Origin: Negaprion brevirostris
Lineage: Eukaryota
Length of the DNA: 64,000 nt
Assembly: GCA_030324005.1 (NCBI GenBank)
Contig: JARDVH010000149.1
Span: forward strand, 11,732,910 to 11,796,909
Reading direction: 5' to 3'
The translations under genes were made by a program, and so were the position numbers. Of the stretch, positions 49,748-62,934 are shown piece after piece. A model generated the notes under the pieces. That model saw only the letters and a list, made by a program, of their open reading frames with translations. It made no database searches and had not been told where the DNA came from. Numbering within the stretch: the stretch's first letter is position 1; each line of letters starts with the position of its first letter.

Positions 49748-52026
49748 CTACAGGAGACAAGACCATAAGGTCTCAAGATACTCACTCCTGTTTCTGTGCA
49801 CAATACTTTCCAAGCTTAAGACCATAATCAAAACATAGACAAACCCCATTCCACACACTTGGAAATTCAATCCAAACTTCCAGGTTTACTCACTCACTAC
49901 TCATTCTTAAGGATACTTGAAGTACTGTTTTTCATCCTTCACACATTTATCACAGGCCCAGTGAGGTCTAGCTTATTTCAGTTGGACAGCCGAACAGCAG
50001 GCAAGGGCCTCCACACTAGTGCACCTATCAATAATAGTCTTTGCAGAACCCGCAAGTTTGCAGGAGAAATACCCTAGTAATATAATTTTCCTTCACCAGA
50101 GCTTGTAGTTAGCTTATATTTAAGAATAATGAGCCTTTCTACAAGACTGCCAAGATTGGATTCATTCTTACGTGCTGTTATTTAGCATTCAGATGAATGG
50201 CCTCCACCCACAATGTTGACCTACTCTCTCCCCCTCACTGCACACACTCACACAAGATTCTGATGAACCTGCCAATTATTTCTATTTCATCAGATCTCCA
50301 ACATTTGCAGTTTATTTTCCACGTTAATAACCAAACAAACAAAGCCTCAAACAGCAAAGTTAGAAGTTTCAACACAAAACATATTCAATATCAAATATTG
50401 GCACAACATACTTTTTTTTTAAAAAACGGTCCAATTGAGATGTGGTATATTTCCCACCAAATCCACATCCAAAAATGAGTTGTGAATTTGAACAAGTCTG
50501 GGGAGTGGAAGAAATGCTTTTTGATAATACATCAATTAATTAATTTTCAGTTATTTATACTTTATGTCCTTACAACACGCCACAAACTTCACAATGCAAT
50601 GTTTTGAAAGTCTTTGTTTTCTTTCTATAAAGTAAAATAAAACACACTTACTTCTGTTCAATAAGTAACTTATCACATGCAGCAACATGTAAAGAACCCA
50701 TAAGAAATAATTTGCTATTGATAGTGAACTCAGGTGAATAAAATGTTAGTGTATGCAGAGGTCAGCCTTAGGTTCATTAGCTGATGTGGCTAAGATAAAT
50801 ATCAATGGCCAAAAAAGCTGTCCTTCAACATTGATTTTGCTTTGCACACAAGTGCAAATCTGAATCAGTCTGTGGGCAGAGGTACTTATGTTTGAAGCAG
50901 AACTTTTGCACCATGATTATTCACCAGTCATTAGACTAGCCACCATCAATTTGCTACCATTTTGTTGTTTCTCTTTCTGGCCTCAATCCTGTAAAACTGT
51001 TAACTTTGCTTAACAGCAGACTGCTATACATAAGATTACATTTTTATTCCAAAAATATTTTGGTAAAGTATACGCACTTTTGAAAATCAACCCAAGATAT
51101 TACCAAAATAGAAATACGGTTGTATAAGATCCAACTTTTAAAAAAATTAATGAATACTGTGTTTATAACGGGTTCATGTAAATTATTTATATGTAACATG
51201 GATCAGCTCTGAATGCCGTTAGGGCTGCACACTTGAAGAAACGCAAACCTGCTTAAAGAGTTCTTCTATAATAGACAGGGTTTCAGACAGAAAATTAGTG
51301 AAATTGTTTCCACAGAATTACTGATCAGCAATGACTGGATAGGTGAACAGCCAGCCATGTGCAATTAACAGATGTGAAACAAAGTCAAACACAATTACAT
51401 TCCTAGAAAGAGCGCAACCCAGGCAAAACTGAATAATTAGGATTTTCACTTATCAAGTTTAAGTGATCCATCAAATCTACAAGGGACCTACTCTAATGAA
51501 CATTAGAAAAATACCCAAAATATTCCCTCAAACTTCTTGCTATTAATGTAGTCTGATAGCACCTGGAAATTTGTGACCATGATTCAATATGCTTTAATTC
51601 CTTTCCTGCATGAATCCTATGTGCTACTTGGCACAGACTTTGACAAAATAATTAATTTGGCGAAACCAAATATAAAAGAAACCTCAAACTCAAAAAGAAA
51701 CAATCAAAATCAAGAACATGCTTGGAAGCAGGAAAAACTAAGCTTGGCTGGAACTTCAAATTATCTGGTTTGCATGCTGAACGATTAGGCAAACTGTTAG
51801 CTAATTTGACATTAGACTCGAGTGTTTTTCTGGTTAAGGCAACATTTGATTGAGCAGGTCATCTTTTTGGTATCAGAAAATGAGAAATAATAATATTTTT
51901 CTTTTCGTAATATCCATGTCATTTTTCTTATGTACTGGAAAACAGGCCGAAGGAGGTACGATTGTTGTGACTGGATTAAGAGACAGTGACTGTAAGGTTC
52001 TACAACATCATCAAGATATTATGATT

Positions 52027-52335
52027 ATAGAATATAGGGCAGAAGGTGGCCATTTGGCCCATTGAGTCTGCACCGACCACTATCCCGCCCAGGGCCGATC
52101 CCCATAACCCCATGCATTTCACTAGCTAGCCCCCCGACACTAACGGGCAATTTAGCATGGTCAAACCACCTGACCCATGCATTTTTTGGACTAAGGGAGG
52201 AAACCGAAGCATCCCAAGGAAACCCATGCAGACACAGGGAGAACGCGCAAACTCCACACAGACAGAGACCCAAGCCAGATGTTTGAATCCGGGTCCCTGG
52301 CCTTGTGGGGCAGCAGTGCTAACCACTGTGCCGCT
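52027..52335 (-). mobile_element. HE1-like V-SINE, CR1-type tail
   Basis: Reverse complement of the 32078 family. Confidence 0.87.
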
Positions 52336-52971
52336 CTACAACTTAAACAAGTTGTAAAATTTAAGCTAGTGAAACAAAGATAGGACAGGTTTACTTTTTA
52401 AGATATAGGAGTTAAGAAAGAAATTTGACCAGTTCTGGGATGTTTTATTCTTGAATTATATACTTGTACACTAGTTTTCTAGAATATTAACTGAACTATT
52501 CTTGAAAGTGTCTTTTTTTCTTCTTGAAAACACTCATCATAGCTACATACACATTATAGTTTAACCTGACAACAGATGCATTAAAAAATAGCAAACTAGC
52601 TGAATGAAATCCACCCTGCTTACTGAGGATCACTGCCCATCAGTGCTATTTAAAAACACTAAACTAATGCTTCCAAGTTATTTAATCAAACGAATCCTTA
52701 TGTTTGTCTGTCTAATCATAATGATTTAAACACTGTGATCCGCAGGAGTATTTTTGATCTAGCTGGACTTGCTGTCCAGTGTGCATCTCTATTAGTGAGA
52801 AATTTTTTCTCAGCAGCCTCTGATGGTAAAAATTTAAATGCAAGAAAAGAATCCGTAAGATCGTCCATTCTTGCCTATTTCTGGAAATATAACAGGATGC
52901 TGCCAAAGTATTTTCTAAGTGGATTTTAAACATATAAAGTCAGCTGAATAGCAGTTACATCAATAAGAAAC

Positions 52972-53256
52972 GGGCAGCACAGTGACACAGTCGTTAGTAC
53001 TGCTGCCTCAAAGTGCCAAGGACCCAAGTTCAATGCCCGGCTTGGATCACTGTCTGTGTAGAGTTTGCATGTTCTCCCCATGTCTACGTGGATTTCCTCC
53101 GGGTGCTCTGGTTTCCTCCCACAGTCCAAAAGAAGTGCCAGTTAGGTGCATTGGCCATGCTAAATTCTCCGTCAGTGTACTTGAACAGGCACCGGAGTAT
53201 GGCAACTAGGGGACTTTCACAGTAACTACTTGTGACACTAATAAATAAACTTAAAC
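52972..53256 (+). mobile_element. V-SINE, short-tail subfamily
   Basis: Same family as 24314, with a small deletion in the tail. Confidence 0.87.
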
Positions 53257-53278
53257 TACTTATTGGCTTTATTACTAA

Positions 53279-54033
53279 CACAACAAAGAAAATTACAGCA
53301 CAGGGACAGGCCTTTGGCCCTCCAAGCCTGCACGAACCATGCTGCCTGACTTAATTAAAATCCCCTACCCTTCCGGGGACTGTATCCCTCTATTCCCATC
53401 TCATTCATGTACTTGTAAGATGCCCCGTAAAAATCACTACCGTATCCGCTTCCACTACTTCCCCCAGCAACAAATTCCAGGCACCCACTACCCTCTTCGT
53501 AAAAAATCTGCCTTGTACATCTCTTTTAAACCTTGCCCGTCGTACCGTAAACCTATGTCCCCTAGTAATTGACTCTTCCACCCTGGGAAAAAGCTTCTGA
53601 CTATCCACACCTCTCAATTTTGTAGACTTCTATCAGGTCTCCCCTCAACCTCCTTCGCTTTAGTGAGAACAAACCAAGTTTCTCCAACCTCTCTTCACAG
53701 TTAATGCCCTCCATACCAGGCAACATCCTGGTAAATCTTTTCTGTACCCTCTCCAACGCCTCCACTTCTTCTGGTAGTGTGGCGACCAGAATTGAACATT
53801 ATATTCCAAGTGCGGCCAAACTAAGGTTCTATAAATCTGCTAGTTTTTAAACTCAACATCCCGGCCGATGAAGGCAAGCATGCCGTATGCCTTCTTGACT
53901 ATCTTCTCCACCTGCATTGCCACTTTCAGTGACCTATGTACCTGTACATACAGATCCCTTAGCCTATCAATGCTCTGAAGGGGTTCTGCCATTTGCTGTA
54001 TATTTCCTATCTATATTAGATCTTCCAAAATGC
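53279..54033 (-). mobile_element. CR1/HER1-like LINE 3' fragment
   Basis: ORF MRGVDSQKLFPRVEESITRGHRF...FFTKRVVGAWNLL is a typical CR1 ORF2 C-terminus; tail present. Confidence 0.9.
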
Positions 54034-54519
54034 AGTTTACCAGAAATAAGCAGCACTAAGTTGTTTTACTAAATGATTGCCACAAATAGCTAATTTAATC
54101 CTCTTAATTTAAAACTGCTTAATTCAGATTTTCTGATAATTATTTTAAAATCACTAAATTCCTTTGCTGTGCTATTCACATTATTCAATAATTCGAATTA
54201 AACAATTTGCTTATGCAAACAACTCAACTGTAGTCCAAAAGAGTTCATGACTGTTAAACATTTTGCATTTATCTTGCTTTATAGCTTGGCTCAAAACAGG
54301 ACTTTAATTATAATGGACTGAAAACTTCACAAACAAATCTGAAAAGGCAGGATTCCAAGCACCATTGACAGGCCAAGTTCAGATCAGCATGACCTTTCAG
54401 TTTCTCATTGGGAAATTATAAAACAAGCAGACAGGAGAGAAGTGTACCGGAAGATACAGTACCCCTGCCTCTAGAGACCATGATTCAAAGTCATCCCAAA
54501 CTGATAGGCATGTCATGCA

Positions 54520-54900
54520 ATCACAGAAATTACAGCACAGGCAGCCATTCGGTCCATCAAATCCATGCTGATGCCACCTCTTCAACTTGAGCTATCCATT
54601 TAAATCCCATTTCCCAGCATCTTTTCAAACATTTACTTAATTCCCTTTTGAATTGATTTAATATTTTCCTCAACAGCAACCGCAGTAAAGTATTCAATGC
54701 TTCAATAGTCCATGTGCAAAAATTCCGATGACCCTTTGCTGTTCTACCCATATTCTCAAGCCTATGTCTAGGTTGCAGATCTGCTAAAGTAAAAACAGAT
54801 GTTTTATTGTATATCCTCAAAAATATCCTCCAGAACATGCCAAACCTGTCACTGTTCAACTGAGAATGGCCACAATGAGAATCTCCCATAACTTTCAACT
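54520..54900 (-). mobile_element. Decayed CR1-like 3' fragment, partly duplicated in inverted orientation
   Basis: cacagaaattacagcacaggcagccattcggtccatc tail. 54641-54798 recurs inverted at 55001-55159. Confidence 0.6.
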
Positions 54901-55544
54901 TGTCATTTGGAAATGGAAAATTATAAAAAAGCAGAGAGGACAGAAGTGTAGCAGATGATACTGTATCCCTTCCTCTAAAAGCCATGATTCAAAGTTTTTA
55001 CTGCTTTTACTCTAACAGATCTGCGATCCAGACATAGGCTTGAGAATATGGGTAGAACAACAAAGTGGTGGTCAGAATTTTTGCACATGGGTTATTGAAG
55101 CATTGAATGCTTTACTGCAATAGCTATTGAGGAAAATATTAAATTAATTCAAAAGGGAAGTGAAAGTTTGACAACACACTAAACTGTAACTGTAGTCTAA
55201 CCAAAAGCTGCACAAATTTAAAAATATTTATTTCCTTTAATATATTTTTTATATATATATATTCGTACATTTCAATTTTCACTTTGTTAATACATGTGAC
55301 AATAATAAATCAGATCAAATCAATCTCTCAATTTGAACGCAGCTGCCATATCTCAACACACCTTACCATATCCTCCTTCTATCTCCTGCAATCCTTACGT
55401 TCATTTTCAGGATGTAACATTAATTTAGTACTTTGACACAGCTGATCAGCTTCTAAGGTCCATTTAGAGTTGACTGTGTTGTAATGAGGAACTTTAACAA
55501 AAGTCTGGTTCAGCCTTGATTAACATACTGTGTATCGTATTTTA

Positions 55545-55960
55545 AGAGTGTAGAAATGTTTCATGAGAATACATTGAGGGGTGAAGGAGTTCAGTTGCAT
55601 GGGTAGATTGATGAAGCCACCCCGCTAGAGAAGAGAAGATTTGATAGAGGTGTTCAAAATCATGAGAGGTCCAATCAGAGATTATGGCAAGAAACCGCAA
55701 TTTGGAAAAGATTTGATGGCAACACAAGAAAAGCATTTTTACAAACAATGGTTGGGATCTGAAATGCTGTGTGTGTGTCTGATGAGACAGATACAATCGG
55801 GGCTATCAAAAGGAATGTGGGTATGCATCTGCAGGCAAAGTAATTGCAGTACTACAGGGCAAGGACAAGCAAATGGGATCAACTGTGTTGTTCTTGCACA
55901 GCCAGCGTGGACACTAAGGGCCGAATGATCTCCTACAGTACTGTAACCATTCGATTATGC
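55545..55960 (+). mobile_element. Decayed CR1-like 3' fragment
   Basis: IEVFKIMRG motif and gggccgaatgatctcc tail. Confidence 0.65.
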
Positions 55961-56299
55961 GATGTGTGGGACTGGATCCATCAAGACAGTAAGAAAGACA
56001 GATTTCCTTCCCTGAAGCAGTTAAGTTTCTTATCCCAAATGTGGTATTATCAACAAGTTTTAACATTATTTTTCTTCTACTCATGTTTGAATAACCTTCA
56101 TAAATGGAATTCCAGATGCCTCAGCAGTAAATGCTCATATAAACTTCAACCATATCCTTCCAACTTTGGGATTGTATAGCCATGACAATTTAATTCACAA
56201 TCTTACAACAGATCGTATTTTTGTTCAGGTCACAACATCACCCTTCATTCCATTTGCAGCCTCTGGTTTCTGGTCTTTATTTCCAATGGCAGGTCCAAT

Positions 56300-56984
56300 G
56301 GGATGAAGGAGCATAATATCAAGGCTAAGACTTTTAGCAGTGTAGAGGATCAGAAGGACCTTGGGGTCCGGGTCCACAGGACTCTTAAATCGGCCTCACA
56401 GGTGGAGGATGTGGTCAAGAAGGCGTATGGTGTACTNNNNNNNNNNNNNNNNNNNNNNNNNNNNNNNNNNNNNNNNNNNNNNNNNNNNNNNNNNNNNNNN
56501 NNNNNNNNNNNNNNNNNNNNNNNNNNNNNNNNNNNNNNNNNNNNNNNNNNNNNNNNNNNNNNNNNNNNNNNNNNNNNNNNNNNNNNNNNNNNNNNNNNNN
56601 NNNNNNNNNNNNNNNNNNNNNNNNNNNNNNNNNNNNNNNNNNNNNNNNNNNNNNNNNNNNNNNNNNNNNNNNNNNNNNNNNNNNNNNNNNNNNNNNNNNN
56701 NNNNATGGTCGCTACGAGAGGACACAGGTTTAAGGTGCTGGGGAGCAGGTACAGAGGAGATATCAGGGGTAAGTTTTTCACTCAGAGGGTGGTGGGTGAG
56801 TGGAATCGGCTGCCGTTGGTAGTGGTGGAGGCGAACTCGTTGGGGTCTTTTAAGAGAATTCTGGATGAGTACATGGAATTTAATGGGATTGAGGGTTATA
56901 GGTAGGCCTAGTAGGTAGGGATATGATCTGCGCAACTTGTGGGCCAAAGGGCCTGTGTGTGCTGTGGTTGTTCTATGTTCTAAT
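56300..56984 (+). mobile_element. CR1/HER1-like LINE 3' fragment with internal gap
   Basis: QKDLGVRVHRTLK...TRGHRFKV...FFTQRVVGEWNRLP and a gttctatgttct tail. Confidence 0.92.
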
Positions 56985-57472
56985 GTTTTGTACATACTGA
57001 ATGAACATTTTAACCTGACCTATTCACATTCCTCAATATCCTCTATTTCTTTCTTCCAAGTTCCTCTCAGTCTTCATGTCTCGACATATCCCCTTATGCA
57101 TAAATTTAAGCTATTTTTGTGTCTTCATCGTTCCCAATTTATCCCCAAATGTCAGAAGGCAAATCCCTCGAAGTTTGGGATTCTGTGCAGTCGATATCAC
57201 AACTGGACAACTTTAAAATTTTACAACTCAAGAACAGCTTGTGTATTTAGTGGGGATAGAATGATTGGGGGTTAAAGCTGATAACACAAGCAAATAAAAT
57301 GTACCCTTCCTGGTTTATATTTTACCCTATGTGATTCCTCTGGTGATTCCACAGTAAGAAATGAGAAAATCTCTTAAAAGAATCCAAATGTTCAACACTG
57401 CCAACATTGTATTTTTCCTTACTAGTAAACTGTTTGCCTTAAAACGCAAAGAAATTCTTGCAAATGTCCTTA

Positions 57473-57788
57473 GAACCATAGAATCCCTGCAGTACAGGAG
57501 GAGGCAATTTGGCTCATTGAATCTGCATCGGCCACAATCCCATCCAGGCTCTATTCCCTTAACCCCACATACTTATCCTGCTAATCCACAGACACTATGG
57601 TCAAGTTAGCATGAACAATCAACCTAACTCGCACATCTTTGGACTGAGGGAGGAAACTGGAGCACTGGAGGAAACCTGCACAAGCATGGGGAGAATGTGC
57701 AAACTCCACACAGACAGTAACGCAAGGCCGGAATTGAACCCTGGCGCTATGACTTGGCAGCATTAACCACTGTGCCACCGTGCCGCCC
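57473..57788 (-). mobile_element. HE1-like V-SINE, CR1-type tail
   Basis: Head ...ccactgtgccaccgtgccgccc and tail agaaccatagaatccc on the + strand. Confidence 0.87.
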
Positions 57789-58012
57789 AAATCCTTGTTT
57801 TAAAAAAACTTTTCTGAAGCAGAGGATTTTCATTTGAACAGATAATCTACAAATGGACATTGTATCTTTAAAGCAAGTTGAAATGATAGCAAGTGGGGGA
57901 ATAAATGTAAAGGCATCAATCAAATTCCTTAACCCTATCAGAGATTTAGGGGAGTTTTAGTAAGGACGCAGGATTTATGTAAAGCACTAAAGCATTCAAA
58001 CGAAGTTCTCAC

Positions 58013-58264
58013 CGAAGAAGTTTGGAGAGAGGTGGGAAAAGCAGATTCAGGAGGGAGGCAGACAGGAACAGGCTTTGCATTGTCATGAGAGTCCAGCAGT
58101 TCCGTAGCTTTCACTATACCAGCCGAGCCCGGTAAAGTTAGATCGGAGCTCCTCGATTGGTGTACAGCTGGAAAGTGGGAGGTGATAGTGCAGAGAGAAG
58201 GAGATGCAGAGGTGTGATGGTGAGGAACAAAGTCCTGCGAATAGGACCTAAAAACCGACTTGAA
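58013..58264 (-). CDS. RAPGEF1: RAPGEF1 serine-rich cassette exon
   Basis: ttttctcttctcAG acceptor and GTGAGA donor, 252 nt, phase 0/0. FKSVFRSYSQDFVPHH...HFPAVHQSRSSDL...VCLPPES matches the recalled long-isoform insert. Confidence 0.9.
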
Positions 58265-59885
58265 CTGAGAAGAGAAAAAGGAAAGGTTCACAAGTCAAAT
58301 ATAAAAATCAGACAATCCTACATCATACTAACTTAAAAGCAATTTGTTTAAAAGAGAATTTGTCCTTCCCCCACCGTATATTAAATCTTTTCAACTACTT
58401 TTATTTCTCCTTGATAACTAATTCCTGATATATATCGAGTGCTGTTTTCTCCATCCAACAGTGACAAGGTTAGATTGTTTAAAGCAATGCATGAGCAAAC
58501 AGCAGAGTGAAGAGCTGCACGGAAAGCCTACTGGTTCAGTTTCACTGGCATAAAACCATTACGTGCTGCAAGGTAACCATCAGTTCAAGACAAAAAACAT
58601 TACTCAAATAAGAGTGCTTGGTGTCTTCAGACAGAATTCTAAAACGTTGATCAGTCTAAGTTTTTGACAGCAACAATGGAAGTGCCTTTCAAACTCAAAT
58701 TACAGATCTACAGAAAATCTACATTCAAATTTGATGCTCACACATTGCTGCAAAATTGTCAAAGAGTTACACTTGGATGTACGCAATGAAAGTCGTAACA
58801 GTCATAAACCTATTCACATTACTGTTGAACCAGCTACAACGTCTAGCTACTGATTGACAGCAATAATTCTGATCAGTCTCAAGATGGTAATACAGGCTGT
58901 TATGGAAGCAGAAGGCAATGCTTCATGGATCAAACAGCTCAACCAAATAACCCAGCTCCAATCACATTTTTACACTATTTTTGTAGTTTGAAATTTTATG
59001 TTGCAAGTATGATAACTCTTCCCCAGCCAGACTAATTTTTCGTTTTTAAGCACAAGAAACTTTTGTCAATGAAATAAAATGGTCATTGCAAATAGTTGCT
59101 AACTTCGGTGTGTAGAAAGCAACAAACTGCACTTAGAGAAGGTGACGTTTCAAAATCAATCATGAACTAAGATCATAGCAAACTTTTGCATTGACAAATT
59201 GGTGGATCTGCATGAATCTTATTAATCTGTTTCGACACTGGTGGGTTGGGGATCAAATAAGTTCAGAGGATAGACTCATCCAAGATCACAACTGGGTGGG
59301 GATGGGGGAGCAGGGTGCACCAATTTCTTGTTGCTTATTGATGATGAATTTCAGAAAACAATGAACTATGCTACATTTCCAATTAGTCCCATGAACTGTT
59401 TGGATTGTTTAATACTTGTGTTTATTTGCTTGCGCCATATATCTTTCCACTGGATGAAGACAAGAGTTTGGGAGCTTTCCTGATGGTTTAATGTGTTTAT
59501 TTACTGGCATTAAGTCTTAGTCAGTGAAAAAAAAACAAAGTCACAATCACCAAAGAAGAGATATTGAATGTCTTTTTCACTCTGGAGTCAAAACTTACAT
59601 TACAACAAAAACGCTCTTAAGCATGAGCAAATAATTTGCTCAAGGTAAAAACATTGCACAACTATTAAAAAACATCACTGTAAATACAGCTTCTGGTGGC
59701 ATTGAACTGGAACTGCTCAAAAGATGTCGTCATAATGCAGCTTTAGAAGTCATGGGCACAAAAATCCACAAACACCAGGGCTCATTTGATGAAAATGATA
59801 TAAAAAGAGTAGTTGGTTAAAACACTACCTGTACTTATCAAGATGATCAAGCAAATGACAATAGGGTGTGGGGACGCATGCAGAG

Positions 59886-59940
59886 GTGTGTGCATGTGGG
59901 GGTGCGTGCGTGTGTGCATGTGGGGGTGCGTGCGTGTGCG
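59886..59940. repeat. 24-bp tandem repeat / GT-rich minisatellite
   Basis: gtgtgtgcatgtgggggtgcgtgc occurs twice. Confidence 0.85.
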
Positions 59941-60029
59941 TACGTCACATCTGTTGGAGCAAAGTTACAGGTAAATTGCAATCTTACATCATCGATCAGA
60001 ATCACATTTTTATAATACTCATAATCAGT

Positions 60030-60380
60030 CTTAGAGTCATAGAGGTTTACAGTTTGGAAACAGGCCCTTCGGCCCAACTTGTCCATGCCACCCTTTTTTT
60101 TATATCCCAAAGCTAATCCCAATTGCCTGCATTTGGCCCATATTCCTCTATATCCATCTTACTCATGTAACTGTCTGAATGCTTTTTAAAAGACAAAACC
60201 CGCCTCTACTTCTATGTCAGACAGCTTGTTCCAGACACTCATCACCCTGTTTGTGAAAAAATTGCCTCTCTGGACACTTTTGTATCTCTTCCCTCTCACT
60301 TTAATTCTATGCCCTCTAGTTTTAGACTCCCCAACCTTTGGGAAAAGATATTGACGGTCTAGCTAATCTGTACACCTCAT
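60030..60380 (-). mobile_element. CR1-like LINE 3' fragment
   Basis: agagtcatagaggtttacag...caggcccttcggccca...ctatgccctctagttttagactcccc. Confidence 0.85.
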
Positions 60381-61829
60381 TAGGCCCACAGTTGAATGGC
60401 ACAACTGGAAACCACTCTTTTCAGACAAAAATCAGATCCTAAAAAGGTGATCTGATCATTTCCAAAGCTTTTTAAAGAAAGTAGCAATCAATAATGAAGC
60501 CACTGACTAGCTGTCTGAATGTGAGGTCAATGTTACCTTGCTAAGGAACTTACTATTGAACAGATTAAATTGGACTCAAATGGGAAGGCATCTGGCCCTG
60601 ATACTATTCCAGTTTGGATTATACCTCAACAAACTCTGTGCCATCAGTAAAATAATTCACCGCAGAAAAATTAAGATTTTTTGGCAGTTTTCTTTGATGT
60701 TGAAAGATAATGGAAAAAACATTTATTCAGTGCATACTTAAACCAGACAGACCAAGACTGCCCCATGTCGGACTCTATGGAGTTTATTAATGTTGTTGGT
60801 TGTTAACAGAAAATGTGCTCGGACTGGATTCAGCGGCACTACGTTAGGAGAAAGAAATTGAGCAGAGTCAGGCTCAGTCATGATGCCTTCAATGCCAAAG
60901 AGCCTACCAACATTCAAGACCCCTTATGTAACAGGAACTCTAGAGAGATACCAGTAGTAGTTAGTGACAAGTATCTACATACTTCAGTAACAACAGAAAA
61001 TTGGCAAATTGAGCAGGCGGGCAATAGAAAACAGCAAGACCATGAACCATTCTACATCCACCTCCATAATACACACACTGCACTTGGACAGATAACCAGG
61101 CATCAGCAATTTGTTCTCAATCTCTCTACATTTATGTATTTAAAATAATCTAACTGATTTGTAGGACAGCCAGGAAACAAATGCTGAAATCTGCAAAGTG
61201 AAACGGAAAAGTCTAACTGCATGGCACAACTCTGTTGTATGTTTATCGTTTAGCTGGCAATGAATGTGCTTCATCATTTTTTCCACAAGACATGAATAAC
61301 AGTACAATGATGAGAGTCTGGAGATTAAATTGTTTTGTCTATCATTTAAGATAGTATTTACATAGATTTTTGTTATAGTGGGAGCCCCAATTTATCAAAA
61401 ATACTTCAGACTTCTGGCATAGCTGTCCTAATTGTGCATTTATCTACTAGTTCATAATGTGTAAAGCAACTTATATCAGTTAACTATTACAACTTGCAAA
61501 TTTAACTTTCTTTGCATGCAAAGCACTGTTAAATTTATATATAATAGCACTTTTTGAACCTGAGAAAGTAAATATTATCGAAGGATTAACCATGTGGCAT
61601 CATAATGAAGTCAAAGTTTTATAATGCCATAATAAATCTAAAGCTGAAGCTTCATTTATTTATTCACAATCTTCATAACAAAGGAGTTGTGATTTGGCAA
61701 TGAAACACTTCTAGACTAAGCCAGATAAGTATTTATCTCCAATTAGTTTACTTATCTTGGTTCTCATAATAGACATGCTACTCAAGTTAAAAGACTGCAC
61801 GGTGAAAAGCGACATTATTAACCATTTCC

Positions 61830-62275
61830 TATCCTGCACCAATTGCGGTTCACACATCAACACTATGCTCGCTGACCTACGTGGCTCAGCAGTCCTTCAA
61901 TTTAAGGATGCTGGTTTGCAAGTTCCTCGCTAACAGCATTCCTCCCCAAGCTTTGCAACCCCCTTCAACCCAAGATCTTGGAGCTTCTCAATTCTGGATC
62001 CTTGCACATTTACCAATTTTCATTATTCCACTACAGGCAGCAATTCCTTCAACTGCCTAGACCCCAAGTTCTGGAATTTTCTCCCTAAATATCTCCATCT
62101 CTCTTATTACTCCATATTCCTCTTCTTTAAGATGTTTTTTAAAACTGACCTCCTCCTACCCTGGCATCTCATGTCTTAAGTGTCAAATTTTGTTCAAAAT
62201 CATTGCCCTGATGAATCACCTTGGGAGATTTTACACCACCAAAGGTATAAATATGAATTCAAATTGCTGCTGTTG
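61830..62275 (+). mobile_element. Decayed L2-like LINE 3' fragment
   Basis: ctcgctgacctacgtggctc (LADLxWL-like), ctggaattttctccc and aaaactgacctc segments, then a ...tataaat...gctgctgttg tail. Confidence 0.5.
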
Positions 62276-62934
62276 AACTTGTTACCATTCCTACCATTGA
62301 TTAATTAAAGATGTGTAAATGAGTATGGAAGAGGTCGGGGCGGTGAACAGAGGGGACAGCAGGTTTAGAAGGGCAAATTACTGTTAGAAATAATTTAAAA
62401 GTAGAAATCTTTCATACCAATATTTAAGCCACACTGAATTAAGGGTCAATGTAATTGGCTTAGGAACGACGGTGAATACTTGCCAAGCGAAAATCCAAAA
62501 GTGAGAACTTGTATTATGTACAACTCTTTTCCAAACACATTGCCATATTCTGAAAATGGTCTGGATCCAGTATTCAGCAGATATTACTGGAAGTTAAGAG
62601 GCACCAATCCAGTTTGGTTGGAAAAATAACCCTGCATGTTGATACAATGTCAGGTCCTATCAGTTTGAACATCACTAATTCTTCAAACATCTGAAGCTTT
62701 TTGCTCTCCCGCAGTGCAAGCACATACAAAAATTGGGTGTTATTCCCCAATCAAATGGGGGAAATCGTCAACATGGGTCATTGGAGCTGAAAATCATCAA
62801 CAACTTTATGCTGCAGTGATGATACACTGGTCATTTTAAGGAAAACGTCCCATAATTTTAGAAGTTAGAGTTGGAGTAGCTCAGTGGATAGTTCTTCTGC
62901 CTCTGAGCTGGAAGGCCCTGGACTCAAGTCCCAT

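Noticed and set aside
60740-60845. Possible upstream RAPGEF1 cassette exon (RHG.. resemblance after a pyrimidine-rich AG)
   Set aside because: The required phase 0 frame hits TGA immediately. The expected exon probably lies beyond the window.
62872-62934. tRNA-like sequence
   Set aside because: Only a degenerate SINE head interrupted by an insertion; no full cloverleaf.
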